From an uncultured Gallionellaceae bacterium (lineage in GTDB: Bacteria; Pseudomonadota; Gammaproteobacteria; Burkholderiales; Gallionellaceae): a DNA stretch of 64,000 nucleotides. Shown here in pieces: positions 1 to 10,528 of this stretch. The stretch covers positions 5,398 through 69,397 of the forward strand of contig CAZXDK010000005.1 of the NCBI GenBank assembly GCA_964639585.1, in the 5' to 3' direction. The notes beneath the pieces are model-generated. The model was given only the letters and a program-made list of their open reading frames with translations, was not told the origin of the DNA and did not search any database. Made by a program: the position numbers and the translations under genes. How positions within the stretch are numbered: the first letter of the stretch is position 1; each line of letters begins with the position of its first letter.

Positions 1-187
1 AACCGTACATGCGAGCAAATTATGATGACCCCCGGATTTTTGATGATGCGGCTATTGGCGCTGAGCGCCGCCCCGGCCATTGCAAGGGAAACCAGTCTTG
101 ATGTCAGCGCTTGCATTGCGCGCAAAGCGTCGCATATCGCTTTGCTGCGCGCGGGTTTGTCGGCGAAATTTCAGGTGGGCGAATAGC

Positions 188-1414
188 GTGAAATTTTTGT
201 TCCTGTTGTTTTTGTCGGGTCTCGGCGTGTCAGCCCATGCGGAGCAACCGCGCGGCTCCTGGGATGGTGCGCTGTATGGCTATTTCAACACGATGGCGGT
301 GCGCGAGGACAGCGTGCTGAATCCGGCCAATGTCCTCGCGCAATTGCCGGATCGAACCGGGGTGGTCGAGGCGCGTTTTAACCTGAAAGCTGAAAACGAG
401 GCGCTACGGTTTTCCGCGCGCCCTATATTGCTGGCGCAGCAAGCGCGCACGCCGCTGGAAATCAGGCAGCAACAGGAAAGTTATTTGAGCCAGTGGCAGC
501 TACGCTGGAAGGCGAATGACACGCTGACGTTGAGCGGTGGACGCGAATTGTTGAATTGGGGGGCGGCGCAATTCCGCTCGCCGTCCAGTCCGTTCTATTT
601 CAACAATGGGCGCAGCAATCCGATGGCGGAACTATCGGGCATGGATGCGTTGCGCTTATCCTGGTCGCCCTTGGTCAGCACTTCCGTGTATATGGCGCGC
701 ATCGCCGGTTCTGGTCATGGTCACGCCCATCCCGACCCGTGGGCGGACGGCTGGTTGATAAAAGCTGACTGGCGCGGCGATGAAACCGCAGTGGGGCTGG
801 TTGTGGCAAAGTCGGTGCAGCAAGCCGTTTTTCTTGGCGGGCATGCACAGCGGATGGTGGGGGATGAATGGTTGTTGTACGGCGAGTTCGGGTCATCTGC
901 GTTGCGCGACGTGTTGATCTCTCCTGCCGATGTGAACCGGCCGTTTGCAATTGCCGCCGAAACGCCACGGAAAACCGATGGGCTGGCGGGGGTGGCTTAC
1001 ACTTTCGCGGGCGGACAAAATCTTGCCGCGGAATATCTGCGCTATAACCACGGCTACGATGCGGCCGAAAATCGCGCTTATTTCGCCCGCGCCAACATTG
1101 CCGGCGGCAATTTTCCTGCGGGTATTCCGACATTGGCGATGGCCTTGAATTCGGCGCCGCCGCTGTTGGGGCGCGATTACCTGCATCTGGTGTGGCAAAG
1201 CAGCCCGATGGATAGCGCCGGCTTTGCACGCTTGATGGTCACGCATAATCTGACCGACGGCAGCAACGAATTGGCGGCTTACGGCGAATATACGGTAAAC
1301 ACGCAGCTGAATATATTTGCGCTGACCATGGTGACGACCGGCGGTGCGCAACGCGAATTTGCGCGGCTGTTTAATCGGGTGTTCACGGCTGGCGTGAAAG
1401 TGGTATTGCCGTGA
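188..1414 (+). CDS. Exported protein of unknown function, possibly an outer-membrane beta-barrel
   Basis: ORF 80..1414. An in-frame GTG at 188 gives the signal peptide VKFLFLLFLSGLGVSAHA. Composition is aromatic/Gly-rich and strand-like. No family recognised and the start is uncertain. Confidence 0.55.
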   Translation: MKFLFLLFLSGLGVSAHAEQPRGSWDGALYGYFNTMAVREDSVLNPANVLAQLPDRTGVVEARFNLKAENEALRFSARPILLAQQARTPLEIRQQQESYLSQWQLRWKANDTLTLSGGRELLNWGAAQFRSPSSPFYFNNGRSNPMAELSGMDALRLSWSPLVSTSVYMARIAGSGHGHAHPDPWADGWLIKADWRGDETAVGLVVAKSVQQAVFLGGHAQRMVGDEWLLYGEFGSSALRDVLISPADVNRPFAIAAETPRKTDGLAGVAYTFAGGQNLAAEYLRYNHGYDAAENRAYFARANIAGGNFPAGIPTLAMALNSAPPLLGRDYLHLVWQSSPMDSAGFARLMVTHNLTDGSNELAAYGEYTVNTQLNIFALTMVTTGGAQREFARLFNRVFTAGVKVVLP

Positions 1415-1516
1415 CAGGTATTTTCCCGCCGATTAAGTTCATTTTCATTCACAATCCGGAACAACTTAAGGATAAAAATTTGCGCTAATCTGTGTGCCGT
1501 CTTGGGGGAATTAAAT

Positions 1517-2521
1517 ATGCGCAACAACCTCATCATCTCGACTCTATCCTCTATCCTGTTCAATGCGGCGATAGCCGGGTTGTTGACGGTCATCGGCTTC
1601 GAAGAAAATTTCTGGATCAACTTCGTGTTCTCGCAATGCATAGGGTTGTCCATTTACGCCATCAATGCCACGGTGATGTGCCATATCGCAGACAAACGGC
1701 GGCGCATGATGATCCTGACGCTTACCTTTCCCGGCAGTATTTTCCTGGGGGTGACGCTGGGCGCGTGGATCACCGGGGTAGGCGACTGGAGCGAGCCGCA
1801 GGCATGGGTTGCCGTGGTGATAGGTCTGTTCTTCGGCGGCATCGGCGGCATCACGTATTTTTTGAGCGAGCGTATCGGGAGGCTCGATGCCGAGGTGAAA
1901 CAGCGGCGCATGAACGAAGTGGAAAGCGAGAAGCGCCAGTTCGAAGCGCATCTTAAATTGCTGCAAGCGCAGATCGAACCCCATTTTTTGTTTAACACGC
2001 TGGCCAACGTGAGCAGCCTGATCGAACCTGATCCAGCCATGGCGCGCCGCCTGTTGGAGCGCTTGATCGACTGGCTGCGTATCGCGTTGGCCAGGGCGCG
2101 CAGCGACAGTGCGACGCTGGGCGATGAACTGGATATGCTGGAAAATTATTTGCAGATACTGAAGATACGTTTCGGCGAACGGCTGCGCTGGGATGTTCAG
2201 GCCGCGGATGAAACGCGTCGCATCATCTTCCCGCCTATGCTGCTGCAACCGCTGGTGGAAAATGCGCTGCGGCATGGCATCGAGCCCAAACTGGGCGGTG
2301 GCAGCTTGCGCATCAACGCGCAAGCCGATGCGGAAAAATTAACGGTGGCGGTGCACGACGATGGCGTTGGTTTTGATGCGGACGCGCAATATGGCGCGGG
2401 ATTGGAGAATGTATGGGCGCGGCTGGCCGCACTCTATGGCGCGGCAGGCAAGATGACCCTGGAAAATAATTCCGATGGCGGGCTAACGGTGATGCTGGAG
2501 ATTCCGCGATGCGCGCCCTGA
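1517..2521 (+). CDS. LytS/YehU-type sensor histidine kinase (AlgZ/FimS-like)
   Basis: ORF 1502..2521; the ATG at 1517 follows GGGGGA. Multi-TM N-terminus, His_kinase motif QIEPHFLFNTLANV, ATPase motifs LVENALRHG, DDGVGF and GAGLENV. Overlaps the downstream LytTR regulator. Confidence 0.9.
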   Translation: MRNNLIISTLSSILFNAAIAGLLTVIGFEENFWINFVFSQCIGLSIYAINATVMCHIADKRRRMMILTLTFPGSIFLGVTLGAWITGVGDWSEPQAWVAVVIGLFFGGIGGITYFLSERIGRLDAEVKQRRMNEVESEKRQFEAHLKLLQAQIEPHFLFNTLANVSSLIEPDPAMARRLLERLIDWLRIALARARSDSATLGDELDMLENYLQILKIRFGERLRWDVQAADETRRIIFPPMLLQPLVENALRHGIEPKLGGGSLRINAQADAEKLTVAVHDDGVGFDADAQYGAGLENVWARLAALYGAAGKMTLENNSDGGLTVMLEIPRCAP

Positions 2522-3255
2522 TCGCCGATGACGAGCGCAATCTGACGGCGGATTTGCAGCGGCGCCTGACGCGCTTGTGGCCGGAGCTGGAAATCGCCGG
2601 CGTGGTGCACGATGGCGTCGCGGCGCAGCACGCGCTCACCTCATTGATGCCGGATATTGCCTTCCTCGATATTCGTATGCCGGGGATGAGCGGGCTGGAT
2701 GCGGCGCGTGCCGCACCCGCAAACTGCCGCCTGGTATTCGTCACCGCTTACGACGATCACGCGGTCGAGGCTTTCGAGCGGGCGGCGGTGGACTACCTGC
2801 TCAAGCCCGTAAGCGACGAACGGCTGGCGCGTTGCGTGGCTAGGCTGCAAGCGGCGCAAGTCGCGGCAGCGCAGGATTTGATGGCGCAACTGCAACAGTT
2901 TTTGCAGAAAACCGAGGGCGATAAACCCGTCCCCTTGCGATGGATACGCGCCCAGGTCGGGCAAGCCGTGCGCATGGTTGCCGTGGAGGAGGTCTGTTAC
3001 TTTCAATCTGCCGACAAATACACGGCGGTCTATACGCGCGATGCCGAGCTGCTGTTGCGCACCCCTGTCAAAGACTTGATAGAACAACTCGATGCCGAAC
3101 ACTTCTGGCAAGTGCATCGCGGCACGCTGGTGAATGCGCGGCAAATCGTTGCTGCGCATCATGACTTGTTGGGCAAGGTCACGCTGACGTTGCGCGACAG
3201 GCCGGAAAAGCTGGCGGTGAGCCGCAGCTATGCGCACTTGTTCCGGCAGATGTGA
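2509..3255 (+). CDS. LytR/AlgR-family response regulator (REC + LytTR DNA-binding domain)
   Basis: Receiver motifs LIADDE and DIAFLDIRMPGMSGLD. The C-terminal LytTR-like region contains FWQVHRGTLVN. Overlaps the kinase gene by 13 nt. Confidence 0.92.
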   Translation: MRALIADDERNLTADLQRRLTRLWPELEIAGVVHDGVAAQHALTSLMPDIAFLDIRMPGMSGLDAARAAPANCRLVFVTAYDDHAVEAFERAAVDYLLKPVSDERLARCVARLQAAQVAAAQDLMAQLQQFLQKTEGDKPVPLRWIRAQVGQAVRMVAVEEVCYFQSADKYTAVYTRDAELLLRTPVKDLIEQLDAEHFWQVHRGTLVNARQIVAAHHDLLGKVTLTLRDRPEKLAVSRSYAHLFRQM

Positions 3256-3426
3256 ATTTATTTCCGCGACACCGTATTTCCTTGCGCCTATCGACTTTGC
3301 CGGTGCGGATGCGAGGATAAGCGCGCATGCGCCGATGACCCGGGTGTTTTGGCAAAGGAGGGCGTAGTAAAGATTTAACACAAGACGGTTAGGCTTTGGA
3401 CTTTCGCGAAAAACAAGGAGAAAAAC

Positions 3427-3609
3427 ATGACGTTGTTATCGGCATCCGAGTTTGACGAGTGCAATATCAAAAACCGCAGGCCAACCCGGCTTAGCCTGGA
3501 AATGCTGTTGCGTGCGAAGAAAAAAGAAACTGATGCGGTCGAAGCGGCAGCGCGGGAGGCTGCGGATGCCACCCGCCTTCCCGTGCTTAACCCGGCTTGG
3601 GGCGTCTAA
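3427..3609 (+). CDS. Small hypothetical protein (60 aa)
   Basis: A strong AAGGAG lies 8 nt upstream of the ATG and a terminator follows at 3721..3747. No family recognised. Confidence 0.4.
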   Translation: MTLLSASEFDECNIKNRRPTRLSLEMLLRAKKKETDAVEAAAREAADATRLPVLNPAWGV

Positions 3610-3720
3610 GCGAAAGTAGTTGCCCGGCAGTCGTGGCGGCTTGCGCCGGTGGTGAATTTGCACCCGCCGTCCTGTCGGCGTTTGCCGGACTCATTTGGTG
3701 AGCGCCGGGAAAATAAAAAA

Positions 3721-3747
3721 GCGCATCATCTCTGATGCGCTTTTTTT
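3721..3747. terminator. Bidirectional rho-independent terminator
   Basis: Stem GCGCATCA, loop TCTC, stem TGATGCGC, flanked by an A-run upstream and a T-run downstream. Sits between convergent genes. Confidence 0.8.
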
Positions 3748-3762
3748 ATTGCCGCGAGGTGG

Positions 3763-4341
3763 TCAGGCTTTGTGTGCTTGAGCAGCCTGACGGCGCGCGA
3801 AGTCAGTCAAACGCAGTACTTTGGCCGAAGAAAACAGGCCGCGCAGGTGATGTTCTTTACCCTCTTTGTTATCCAGCACGGGCAGGTGAGTGCGCCCGGT
3901 TCTTTGGAACGCGTCCAATACGGCTTGAACGTTGACAGTCTCGACATTTTTCATTTCCACGCTAACCCAGTCGGAAATCTTTTCCATGATGTCTTGCACT
4001 TTAATATCTTTATGGGTGACGCCGCGATCCGCAAAACCAACGCTCTGCAAGTAACGCATGGGTTTCTCGCCCATAATGTCGTAGGAGGTGATCATGCCCT
4101 GGATATTTTCCGATGAGTCGTCGATCACGAACCCGATACGCAGGCCGGCGACCTTCATTTTTTGCAGGGCTTCGTCTATGGTGTCTTCGGGGTTGACTTT
4201 GAACAATGCGCGCATCCTGAAGTCTGTCATCACAGAAACCGCCGGATCATTTAATTCGACTTGCCAAGGATCGTTACTGGGAACCAGTATGTTTGAAACC
4301 TGCGAAAAAGTATGCAACGTATTTGGTTTTTGATGTCCCAT
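3763..4341 (-). CDS. CBS domain-pair protein
   Basis: Two CBS-like repeats (VMTDF...TIDEALQKMKVAGLRIGFVID and VQDIMEK...VLDAFQRTGRTHLPVLD). GGAGGA Shine-Dalgarno sequence 5 nt before the ATG. Confidence 0.85.
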   Translation of the reverse strand: MGHQKPNTLHTFSQVSNILVPSNDPWQVELNDPAVSVMTDFRMRALFKVNPEDTIDEALQKMKVAGLRIGFVIDDSSENIQGMITSYDIMGEKPMRYLQSVGFADRGVTHKDIKVQDIMEKISDWVSVEMKNVETVNVQAVLDAFQRTGRTHLPVLDNKEGKEHHLRGLFSSAKVLRLTDFARRQAAQAHKA

Positions 4342-4548
4342 TGTATCCTCCGTCCCGTTGGGTGGTTTAGTTATTTAGCGGGCGAATTATAACGCCTTAA
4401 CCATTTTCCGTCAGTACGACTTTCCATTTGATCGGATAACAATTGTTTTTTATCTTCGTCCGTTGGGGAAGCGGCCATATTCAAAATATTTCTAAATAAT
4501 TCGTCGCACCGGCGCAGGCCGGTGCCCCGCAAATATTAGAGATGCCCT

Positions 4549-5265
4549 TCAGTCTTCTTCGTCGATATATTTTTCCCGTGGCGGATTGCCGTCGTACACC
4601 AGGCTTTGCCGGCGTGCAAGGTAGAAGTCGCGGATGAAAGCGTAACGGTCGGCGACATCGTCCAGTGTTTTCTCATGCTCGATCAGCCCCGCGCGGGTCT
4701 TGATTTTGTCGGTGACATACAAGCTGTTGCGCACCGGCACGTTTTGGATGCGGGGGATGACCGAGCTGAAACTATCCGCGCCGAGTCCGACGCCATCGCG
4801 CACTGAGCTGGGGCCGAAGAAGGGCAGCACCAGGTAAGGGCCGCTTGCGACGCCCCAATAGCCGAGCGTTTGGCCGAAATCTTCGTTGTGTTTTTCCAGG
4901 CGACCGGTCACGTTGAGGAAGCCGAATATTCCGAACGTGCTGTTAAACAGCACCCGGCTGCCATCGGAAGCGGCCTGTTTGAATTTGAGTTGCAGCAAGT
5001 CGTTCAGGGTGATATTCACGTCGTCCAGATTGGAGAAAAAATTTTTCAGCAGGACTCTGACGACATCCGGCAAGACGGCGTTGTAGCCCTGGGCTACCGG
5101 TTTGAGCACATTCCGGTCAAGCGCATCGTTAAATTTGAAGGCCCTGCGGTTGTACGATTCGTAGGGGTCTTTCGGGTTGCCGTTGGGGGTGGAAGCGCAA
5201 CCGGTTAACAATAAAGCAGAAATGAACAGGAAGATGAATTTCATGCTGCGTAACCCGGTCATCAT
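4549..5265 (-). CDS. mlaA: MlaA/VacJ family outer-membrane lipoprotein
   Basis: Lipobox [36 protein letters not shown] matches the MlaA core. The start may instead be the internal MKFIF. Confidence 0.9.
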   Translation of the reverse strand: MMTGLRSMKFIFLFISALLLTGCASTPNGNPKDPYESYNRRAFKFNDALDRNVLKPVAQGYNAVLPDVVRVLLKNFFSNLDDVNITLNDLLQLKFKQAASDGSRVLFNSTFGIFGFLNVTGRLEKHNEDFGQTLGYWGVASGPYLVLPFFGPSSVRDGVGLGADSFSSVIPRIQNVPVRNSLYVTDKIKTRAGLIEHEKTLDDVADRYAFIRDFYLARRQSLVYDGNPPREKYIDEED

Positions 5266-5822
5266 ACGTGCATGTCATGCTGGCGCAGCGGGGGCGCCAA
5301 ATCGGCGGTGAAAAAATGGAAGCTGCCATTTTTTCGCTCGGCAAAATAGCGTTGCAAGGTGAATTTCACCGGGCGGAAAGCGAGCGTGTCCCAGGGGATT
5401 TGCTCTTCTGTGAAAAGCTCGACTTCCAGGCTTTCTATTCCCGGCGAAAAATCCAGATCGAGCAGACGCGCGCGAAACAACAAATGCACCTGGTTGATAT
5501 AGGGCAGGTTGTGCAAGGAATACAGCTCGCCGATGGCGATTCTGGCGTTGGCTTCTTCCAGCGTTTCGCGGATGGCGGCTTCGGCGCTGGTCTCGCCGTT
5601 TTCCATGAACCCGGCCGGTAAAGTCCACAAGCCGTGGCGCGGTTCGATGGCGCGGCGGCAGAGCAAGATACGCCCGTCTTCCCATTCCGGGATGGCGCCC
5701 ACGATGAGTTTCGGATTTTGGTAATGGATGGTGGTGCAGACCGTGCAGACATGGCGCTCACGATGGTCATCCTGCGGCATGCGCAGTTCGACCGGAGCGC
5801 CGCAGTCAGGGCAAAACTTCAA
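5262..5822 (-). CDS. NUDIX hydrolase with N-terminal zinc ribbon
   Basis: CPDCG...CTVC zinc ribbon and NUDIX box [23 protein letters not shown]. 4-nt overlaps with both neighbouring genes. Confidence 0.88.
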   Translation of the reverse strand: MKFCPDCGAPVELRMPQDDHRERHVCTVCTTIHYQNPKLIVGAIPEWEDGRILLCRRAIEPRHGLWTLPAGFMENGETSAEAAIRETLEEANARIAIGELYSLHNLPYINQVHLLFRARLLDLDFSPGIESLEVELFTEEQIPWDTLAFRPVKFTLQRYFAERKNGSFHFFTADLAPPLRQHDMHV

Positions 5823-6625
5823 GGGCGGTCTCCGCTTGGCGGAACCGCACTTGCGGCCGGAGCAGGCTTGAGCAACTGTTTTTCCGCTGCGGGCGTCTGG
5901 CCGCTTGGGAGAGAGTTCCGGTTTAGCACGCGCTGCGCGTCGTCGCGCAGATCGTTCATGCCCATCGCGCCGTAGGCTTGCACCATGATCTGCAATGCCT
6001 CACGCGTTTGCGGCGTTTGCGGGTAATCGACCAATACATTCTTGGCCCTGTTGGCCGCCGCGACATAAGCGCCGCGCCGCAGATAATAACTGGCGATATG
6101 GATATCCGATCCGGCCAGCGTGTTGAGCAGATACTGCATGCGCAGCCTGGCATCCGGCGTGTATGGGCTGTCCGGGTAGCGCGTCACTAATTCCTTGAAC
6201 GTATCGAATGAATCGCGCAGCGATTTCGGGTCGCGTTCAGCCGGGTCCTGGTTGGTGAGCGAGTTGATGACACCGCCCAAATTCTCATCGAAATTGATCA
6301 GCCCTTTCAGGTAATACATATAGTCGATATGGCTGTTGTTGGGGTATTGTTTGATGAAGCGCTCAATCGCGCTGAGCGCCGGAGCGGGCTCGCCCTGTTT
6401 GTAATAGGCGTAGGCGATCTCCATTTGCGCTTGCTGCGCGTAGCGGCCATAAGGGTAGCGCGATTGCAGCTTCTCGAATTTTTTCACCGCCTGCTCGAAG
6501 TTGTGATCTTCCAACGACGCCATCGCCTGGGAATAAAGTTCTTCGGCGGAATATTTCTTGTCTTCCGGCGTGGAACTGCATGCAACTAACGTGAGCAAGA
6601 GAAAAACGTATAAACTATGGCGCAT
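5819..6625 (-). CDS. bamD: Outer membrane protein assembly factor BamD
   Basis: Lipobox LTLVACSS and TPR-like repeats ([37 protein letters not shown]). Classic divergent position next to rluD. ATG at 6625 preferred over the TTG at 6637. Confidence 0.9.
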   Translation of the reverse strand: MRHSLYVFLLLTLVACSSTPEDKKYSAEELYSQAMASLEDHNFEQAVKKFEKLQSRYPYGRYAQQAQMEIAYAYYKQGEPAPALSAIERFIKQYPNNSHIDYMYYLKGLINFDENLGGVINSLTNQDPAERDPKSLRDSFDTFKELVTRYPDSPYTPDARLRMQYLLNTLAGSDIHIASYYLRRGAYVAAANRAKNVLVDYPQTPQTREALQIMVQAYGAMGMNDLRDDAQRVLNRNSLPSGQTPAAEKQLLKPAPAASAVPPSGDRP

Positions 6626-7691
6626 GACCGAACCCAAAAAAAATTTCCCGGATTATAGCAAAGATACCCCCGCCGACTCGCTTGGTGTTCTCCTGTGTGA
6701 TGACGATGCTGAAGCCGATCTCGATGCCGTTGCGCTGCCCGATGTTCCCTCGCCGCTGAGTTTCAAGGTGCCGCTCGAATACGGCGGCCTGCGCCTGGAT
6801 CAGGCGTTGGCCAAGCTGCTGCCGGAGTATTCGCGCAGCCGTTTGCAGGACTGGGTGGCGCAGGGACAAGCCACCGTGAACGGCGCGGCGGCGACCTCCA
6901 AACAAAAAGTGTGGGGAGGTGAGATGCTTGATGTGACCCCGCAAAGCAATCCCGCCGACCAGCCGTATCAAGCCGAGGACATCGCGCTCGACATCGTTTA
7001 TGAGGACGACAGCATCATCGTCATCAACAAACCGGTCGGGCTGGTGGTGCATCCCGGCAGCGGCAATTGGCAGGGCACCTTGCTGAATGCCTTGCTGCAC
7101 CACGATCCGGCGTTGAATGAGGTGCCGCGCGCGGGCATCGTGCACCGCTTGGATAAAGACACCAGCGGCTTGCTGGTGGTCGCCAGAACACTCACCGCGC
7201 AAACCGCGCTGGTGCGCCAGTTGCAGGAACGCAGTGTGCGCCGCGAGTACCTGGCCTTGGCGCACGGCGAAATCGGGCGCGGGGGCAGGGTGGATCAGCC
7301 TATCGACCGACATCCCTCGCAACGCACCAAGATGGCCGTGGTGGAAGGCGGCAAGCCCGCCGTCACGCATTACGCCATCGTCGAATCGTTCCCCGGCTGC
7401 ACCCTGTTGCGCTGCAAACTGGAAACCGGACGCACGCACCAGATCCGCGTGCACATGGCCTACCTGCATCATCCCCTGGTGGGCGACCACATCTACATCA
7501 AAGGCGCGCAGAAATGTCCGCCGGCCATGCGCGCCACCTTGCTGGGATTTCCGCGCCAAGCCTTGCATGCCGAGCGTTTGGGGCTGGAGCATCCTGCAAC
7601 GGGCGAGTGGGTGGAGTGGCAGCGCGATATGCCGGACGATATGCGGCAGTTGTTGGCAACGATCCGGGAGATCGCGCGTGAACTTGCTTGA
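6624..7691 (+). CDS. rluD: 23S rRNA pseudouridine synthase RluD
   Basis: S4 domain LRLDQALAKLLPEYSRSRLQDW and catalytic HRLDKDTSGLLVVA. ATG at 6624 inside ORF 6558..7691. Confidence 0.92.
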   Translation: MTEPKKNFPDYSKDTPADSLGVLLCDDDAEADLDAVALPDVPSPLSFKVPLEYGGLRLDQALAKLLPEYSRSRLQDWVAQGQATVNGAAATSKQKVWGGEMLDVTPQSNPADQPYQAEDIALDIVYEDDSIIVINKPVGLVVHPGSGNWQGTLLNALLHHDPALNEVPRAGIVHRLDKDTSGLLVVARTLTAQTALVRQLQERSVRREYLALAHGEIGRGGRVDQPIDRHPSQRTKMAVVEGGKPAVTHYAIVESFPGCTLLRCKLETGRTHQIRVHMAYLHHPLVGDHIYIKGAQKCPPAMRATLLGFPRQALHAERLGLEHPATGEWVEWQRDMPDDMRQLLATIREIARELA

Positions 7692-8412
7692 CCATTGCAT
7701 CGTTCCCGACTGGCCCGCGCCCGGAAATGTGCGCGCCGTGCAGACCACGCGCGTCGGCGGCGTGAGCGTTGCGCCTTATGCCAGCTTTAATCTGGGCGAC
7801 CACGTAAGCGATGCGCCGCAAGCCGTGGCGCGCAACCGGCAGTTGCTCTCGGCGTTGATGCCGAGCGAGCCGGTGTGGTTGCAGCAAGTGCACGGCACGG
7901 TGGTCGCCGATGCGGACAGCGCGGGCTGTGTGGTTAGTGCGGATGCCAGCGTGGCGCGCCAGCGCGGTTCGGTCTGTGTGGTGATGACGGCGGATTGTTT
8001 GCCCGTGTTGCTGTGCGACGAAGCGGGGGCTGTGGTCGGTGCGGCGCATGCGGGATGGAAAGGGCTGGCGGCTGGAGTGATCGAGGCCACCGTGCGGGCG
8101 ATGGATGCCGATACGCGCAAGTTGATGGCATGGTTAGGCCCCGCCATCAGCCAGCGCGCATTCGAGGTGGGCGCGGAAGTGCGCAGCGCTTTCACCTCGC
8201 AGCATGCGCAAGCGAGCGCAGCTTTTGTGCCCGGCGCGAACGGCAAATGGATGGCCGACATGTATCTGCTGGCGCGGCTACGTTTGCGCGCGCTCGGCAT
8301 CACCCGCGTGTATGGCGGCGAGTATTGCACTTACAGCGACCCGGCACGGTTTTTTTCTTACCGGCGCGATGGCGTAACCGGACGCATGGGCACTTTTATC
8401 TGGTTGGAATAG
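7678..8412 (+). CDS. pgeF: PgeF/YfiH family (laccase-domain) peptidoglycan editing factor
   Basis: This is the C-terminal 244 codons of ORF 7117..8412, starting at the GTG at 7678. Motifs VQTTRVGG, NLGDHVSD, TADCLPV, HAGWKG and CTYS. Follows rluD as in E. coli. Confidence 0.88.
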   Translation: MNLLDHCIVPDWPAPGNVRAVQTTRVGGVSVAPYASFNLGDHVSDAPQAVARNRQLLSALMPSEPVWLQQVHGTVVADADSAGCVVSADASVARQRGSVCVVMTADCLPVLLCDEAGAVVGAAHAGWKGLAAGVIEATVRAMDADTRKLMAWLGPAISQRAFEVGAEVRSAFTSQHAQASAAFVPGANGKWMADMYLLARLRLRALGITRVYGGEYCTYSDPARFFSYRRDGVTGRMGTFIWLE

Positions 8413-8449
8413 TGCTGCTCCAAGTGCGCGTTCCTGCGGCGAGCCCCTC

Positions 8450-10108
8450 TCAGACTTTGAACGCGTCCATGGTGTTTCTGACCTGAGCCGCCTTGCTGGC
8501 GAGATTGCTTGCCAGTTGCAGCAGGTCTTGCGATGCGCCCGCATTCTCTTCGGACATTTTGGCGATGCTTTCGGTGTTGTTTGTCAATTCGTTGGCCGCC
8601 GAATTTTGCCGCGCGAGCGAATCGGAAATTTCGTCTATCACCTGCGAGACTGCGCTGAAGCTGTGCTGGATGTTGGCGATGGAAGACTGCGCGGTTTCCG
8701 CATCCACTACCCCCTGGCGCGTGGTCTGCACGACTTTGTCCATGCCGCTCAGCGCATGCCGGGCGACATCGCCGATCTTGGCCGACATTTGATTGATCTC
8801 GGTGGTGGCATTCGAGGTGCGCTCTGCCAGCTTGCGCACTTCGTCCGCCACCACGGCAAATCCGCGTCCCTGTTCTCCGGCGCGCGCGGCCTCGATGGCC
8901 GCGTTCAGCGCCAGCAAATTGGTTTGATCGGCGATATCCCGGATGACTTTGACCACATCGCTGATGCGCGAAGCATCGTCACCCAGATGCGAAACCTCTC
9001 TGGACGCGTCTTCGATTTCCTGTGCGGTCGCCAGCAGGCCGGATACCGTCTTGTTGATAATGGCGGCGCCATCTTCCGCATTTTTGCGCGATTGGGTGGC
9101 CGTTTCCTTGGCGCCGTTACCCTGTTCGGAGATGTGCAAAGTGGACGCGCTCATTTCTTCTATGGAGGCTGCCATGTTGCTCACGGCGCTGGATTCGAGT
9201 TCCACACTTTGCGAAATCTGTTTGGCGGAAGACGCCAGGCTGTGCGCCATGTCGGTCAATGACAATGTATGGTCTTTGGTGGACTCGATCATTTGGCGCA
9301 GCTTGCTCTGCATTTCATAGGCGCTAGCCAGCAGGCTGCCCGCGACAGGTGTTGCATGGGGTCGGGCCGAAAAATTTCCCGATGCCATCACATGCATAAC
9401 CCGACTGACTTCCTGGGGGTCGCCACCCAATTGCTGCAACACGCTGCGAATGACGATAAGCCCCAGGAATGCGGATAGCGCAAGCGCGGCCAAGGCCCCG
9501 ATGATGATGGTGTTGCGGTGTTCCTGATAACTTTGATGCGCCAATTCGATTTTTTCCAGGTTCTTGTTTTCCACAAACTTGGCAAAGTCGTTGCGCAGTT
9601 CGGTGACTTGTTTGGTCAAAGCCCGGTCTATACCCGCCACGTTGGCATCGGAATCCGCCGTGTTGACGTGCGCATCAATTTGCGCGAGATATTTGCCGCT
9701 GACGCTCTGGTGTTCGGCGCCCAGGGCGTTGAGCCGGGCGAGGAAATCATCGAAGCCCGTGTGGCCGACAGCGAGTTCCTTGAGTTTGTCTATCGCCGCG
9801 AGCCGTTTTTTCTCGAACTGATCGCCTTGCTCGACATATTCGCCGCGATATTTTTTGAGCTTCTCGGGGTCGGCGCCGCGTATCCAGACATCCTTGGCCA
9901 GCTTGACCTCCTTCAGAAAGGCAATATTCATACTCTCGATATGCCCCATGGCGTCGATGTCGGCATGCAGGCGTCCGAGATTCTCTTTGCTGTCGGTTAA
10001 TGAATTGTGCAACTGTAGAATCCCGAAGCCGGCCATCAACAGGAACATGGTGAAAGACACAGCTTCCAGCACCAGAAGCTTGTGTTTAAGTGTGAATGTA
10101 TCAAACAT
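8450..10108 (-). CDS. Methyl-accepting chemotaxis protein
   Basis: Two TM segments, a HAMP region and the signalling domain [34 protein letters not shown]. Confidence 0.93.
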   Translation of the reverse strand: MFDTFTLKHKLLVLEAVSFTMFLLMAGFGILQLHNSLTDSKENLGRLHADIDAMGHIESMNIAFLKEVKLAKDVWIRGADPEKLKKYRGEYVEQGDQFEKKRLAAIDKLKELAVGHTGFDDFLARLNALGAEHQSVSGKYLAQIDAHVNTADSDANVAGIDRALTKQVTELRNDFAKFVENKNLEKIELAHQSYQEHRNTIIIGALAALALSAFLGLIVIRSVLQQLGGDPQEVSRVMHVMASGNFSARPHATPVAGSLLASAYEMQSKLRQMIESTKDHTLSLTDMAHSLASSAKQISQSVELESSAVSNMAASIEEMSASTLHISEQGNGAKETATQSRKNAEDGAAIINKTVSGLLATAQEIEDASREVSHLGDDASRISDVVKVIRDIADQTNLLALNAAIEAARAGEQGRGFAVVADEVRKLAERTSNATTEINQMSAKIGDVARHALSGMDKVVQTTRQGVVDAETAQSSIANIQHSFSAVSQVIDEISDSLARQNSAANELTNNTESIAKMSEENAGASQDLLQLASNLASKAAQVRNTMDAFKV

Positions 10109-10528
10109 CTATCTCTCTCCTAAAATACCGGGGCCATCTTGGATGTGGCGCCTTCTGTGCATTGCTAATTAACTTGGGCCGATTGGATTATCGGAACATT
10201 CACCTGAATTACGGTACGCGAATTTTATCCTTAAATCACCGCCGCTATGCATTAAATAGCGGAATGAAACGGCCTTATTAAGCTAGTCTGGCTCGGATGA
10301 CTTTAGGGCATCTCTAAAAATTCGCCTCACCGGCAGAGGCGTATAGCCATTGAAACAGATGAACGTTACAAAAGAACGTGCTCGTAATCACCGCGCAATA
10401 CGCGATCGCAAACTGCAGTCTGTTAATGAACGTTTGTGCAGTCTTAAGGTGGCGATCTGGCGGGAACAGCACGGCCCCAACACATTATTAAGTATAATCC
10501 GCGCCTCATTTGTCACCCGAATTCATAC

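Noticed and set aside
1-186. A reading frame open from the window edge to the TAG at 184 (ATG at 22; ...MMTPGFLMMRLLALSAAPAIA...)
   Set aside because: It could be the 3' end of an upstream gene or a 54-aa exported peptide. It is too short and truncated by the window edge, and shows no family signal, so it is not reported as a feature.
7117-7677. The N-terminal 187 codons of the 431-aa ORF 7117..8412
   Set aside because: This part is an alternative frame of rluD and is Arg/Trp/Cys-rich nonsense. Only the section from the GTG at 7678 matches the PgeF/YfiH family.
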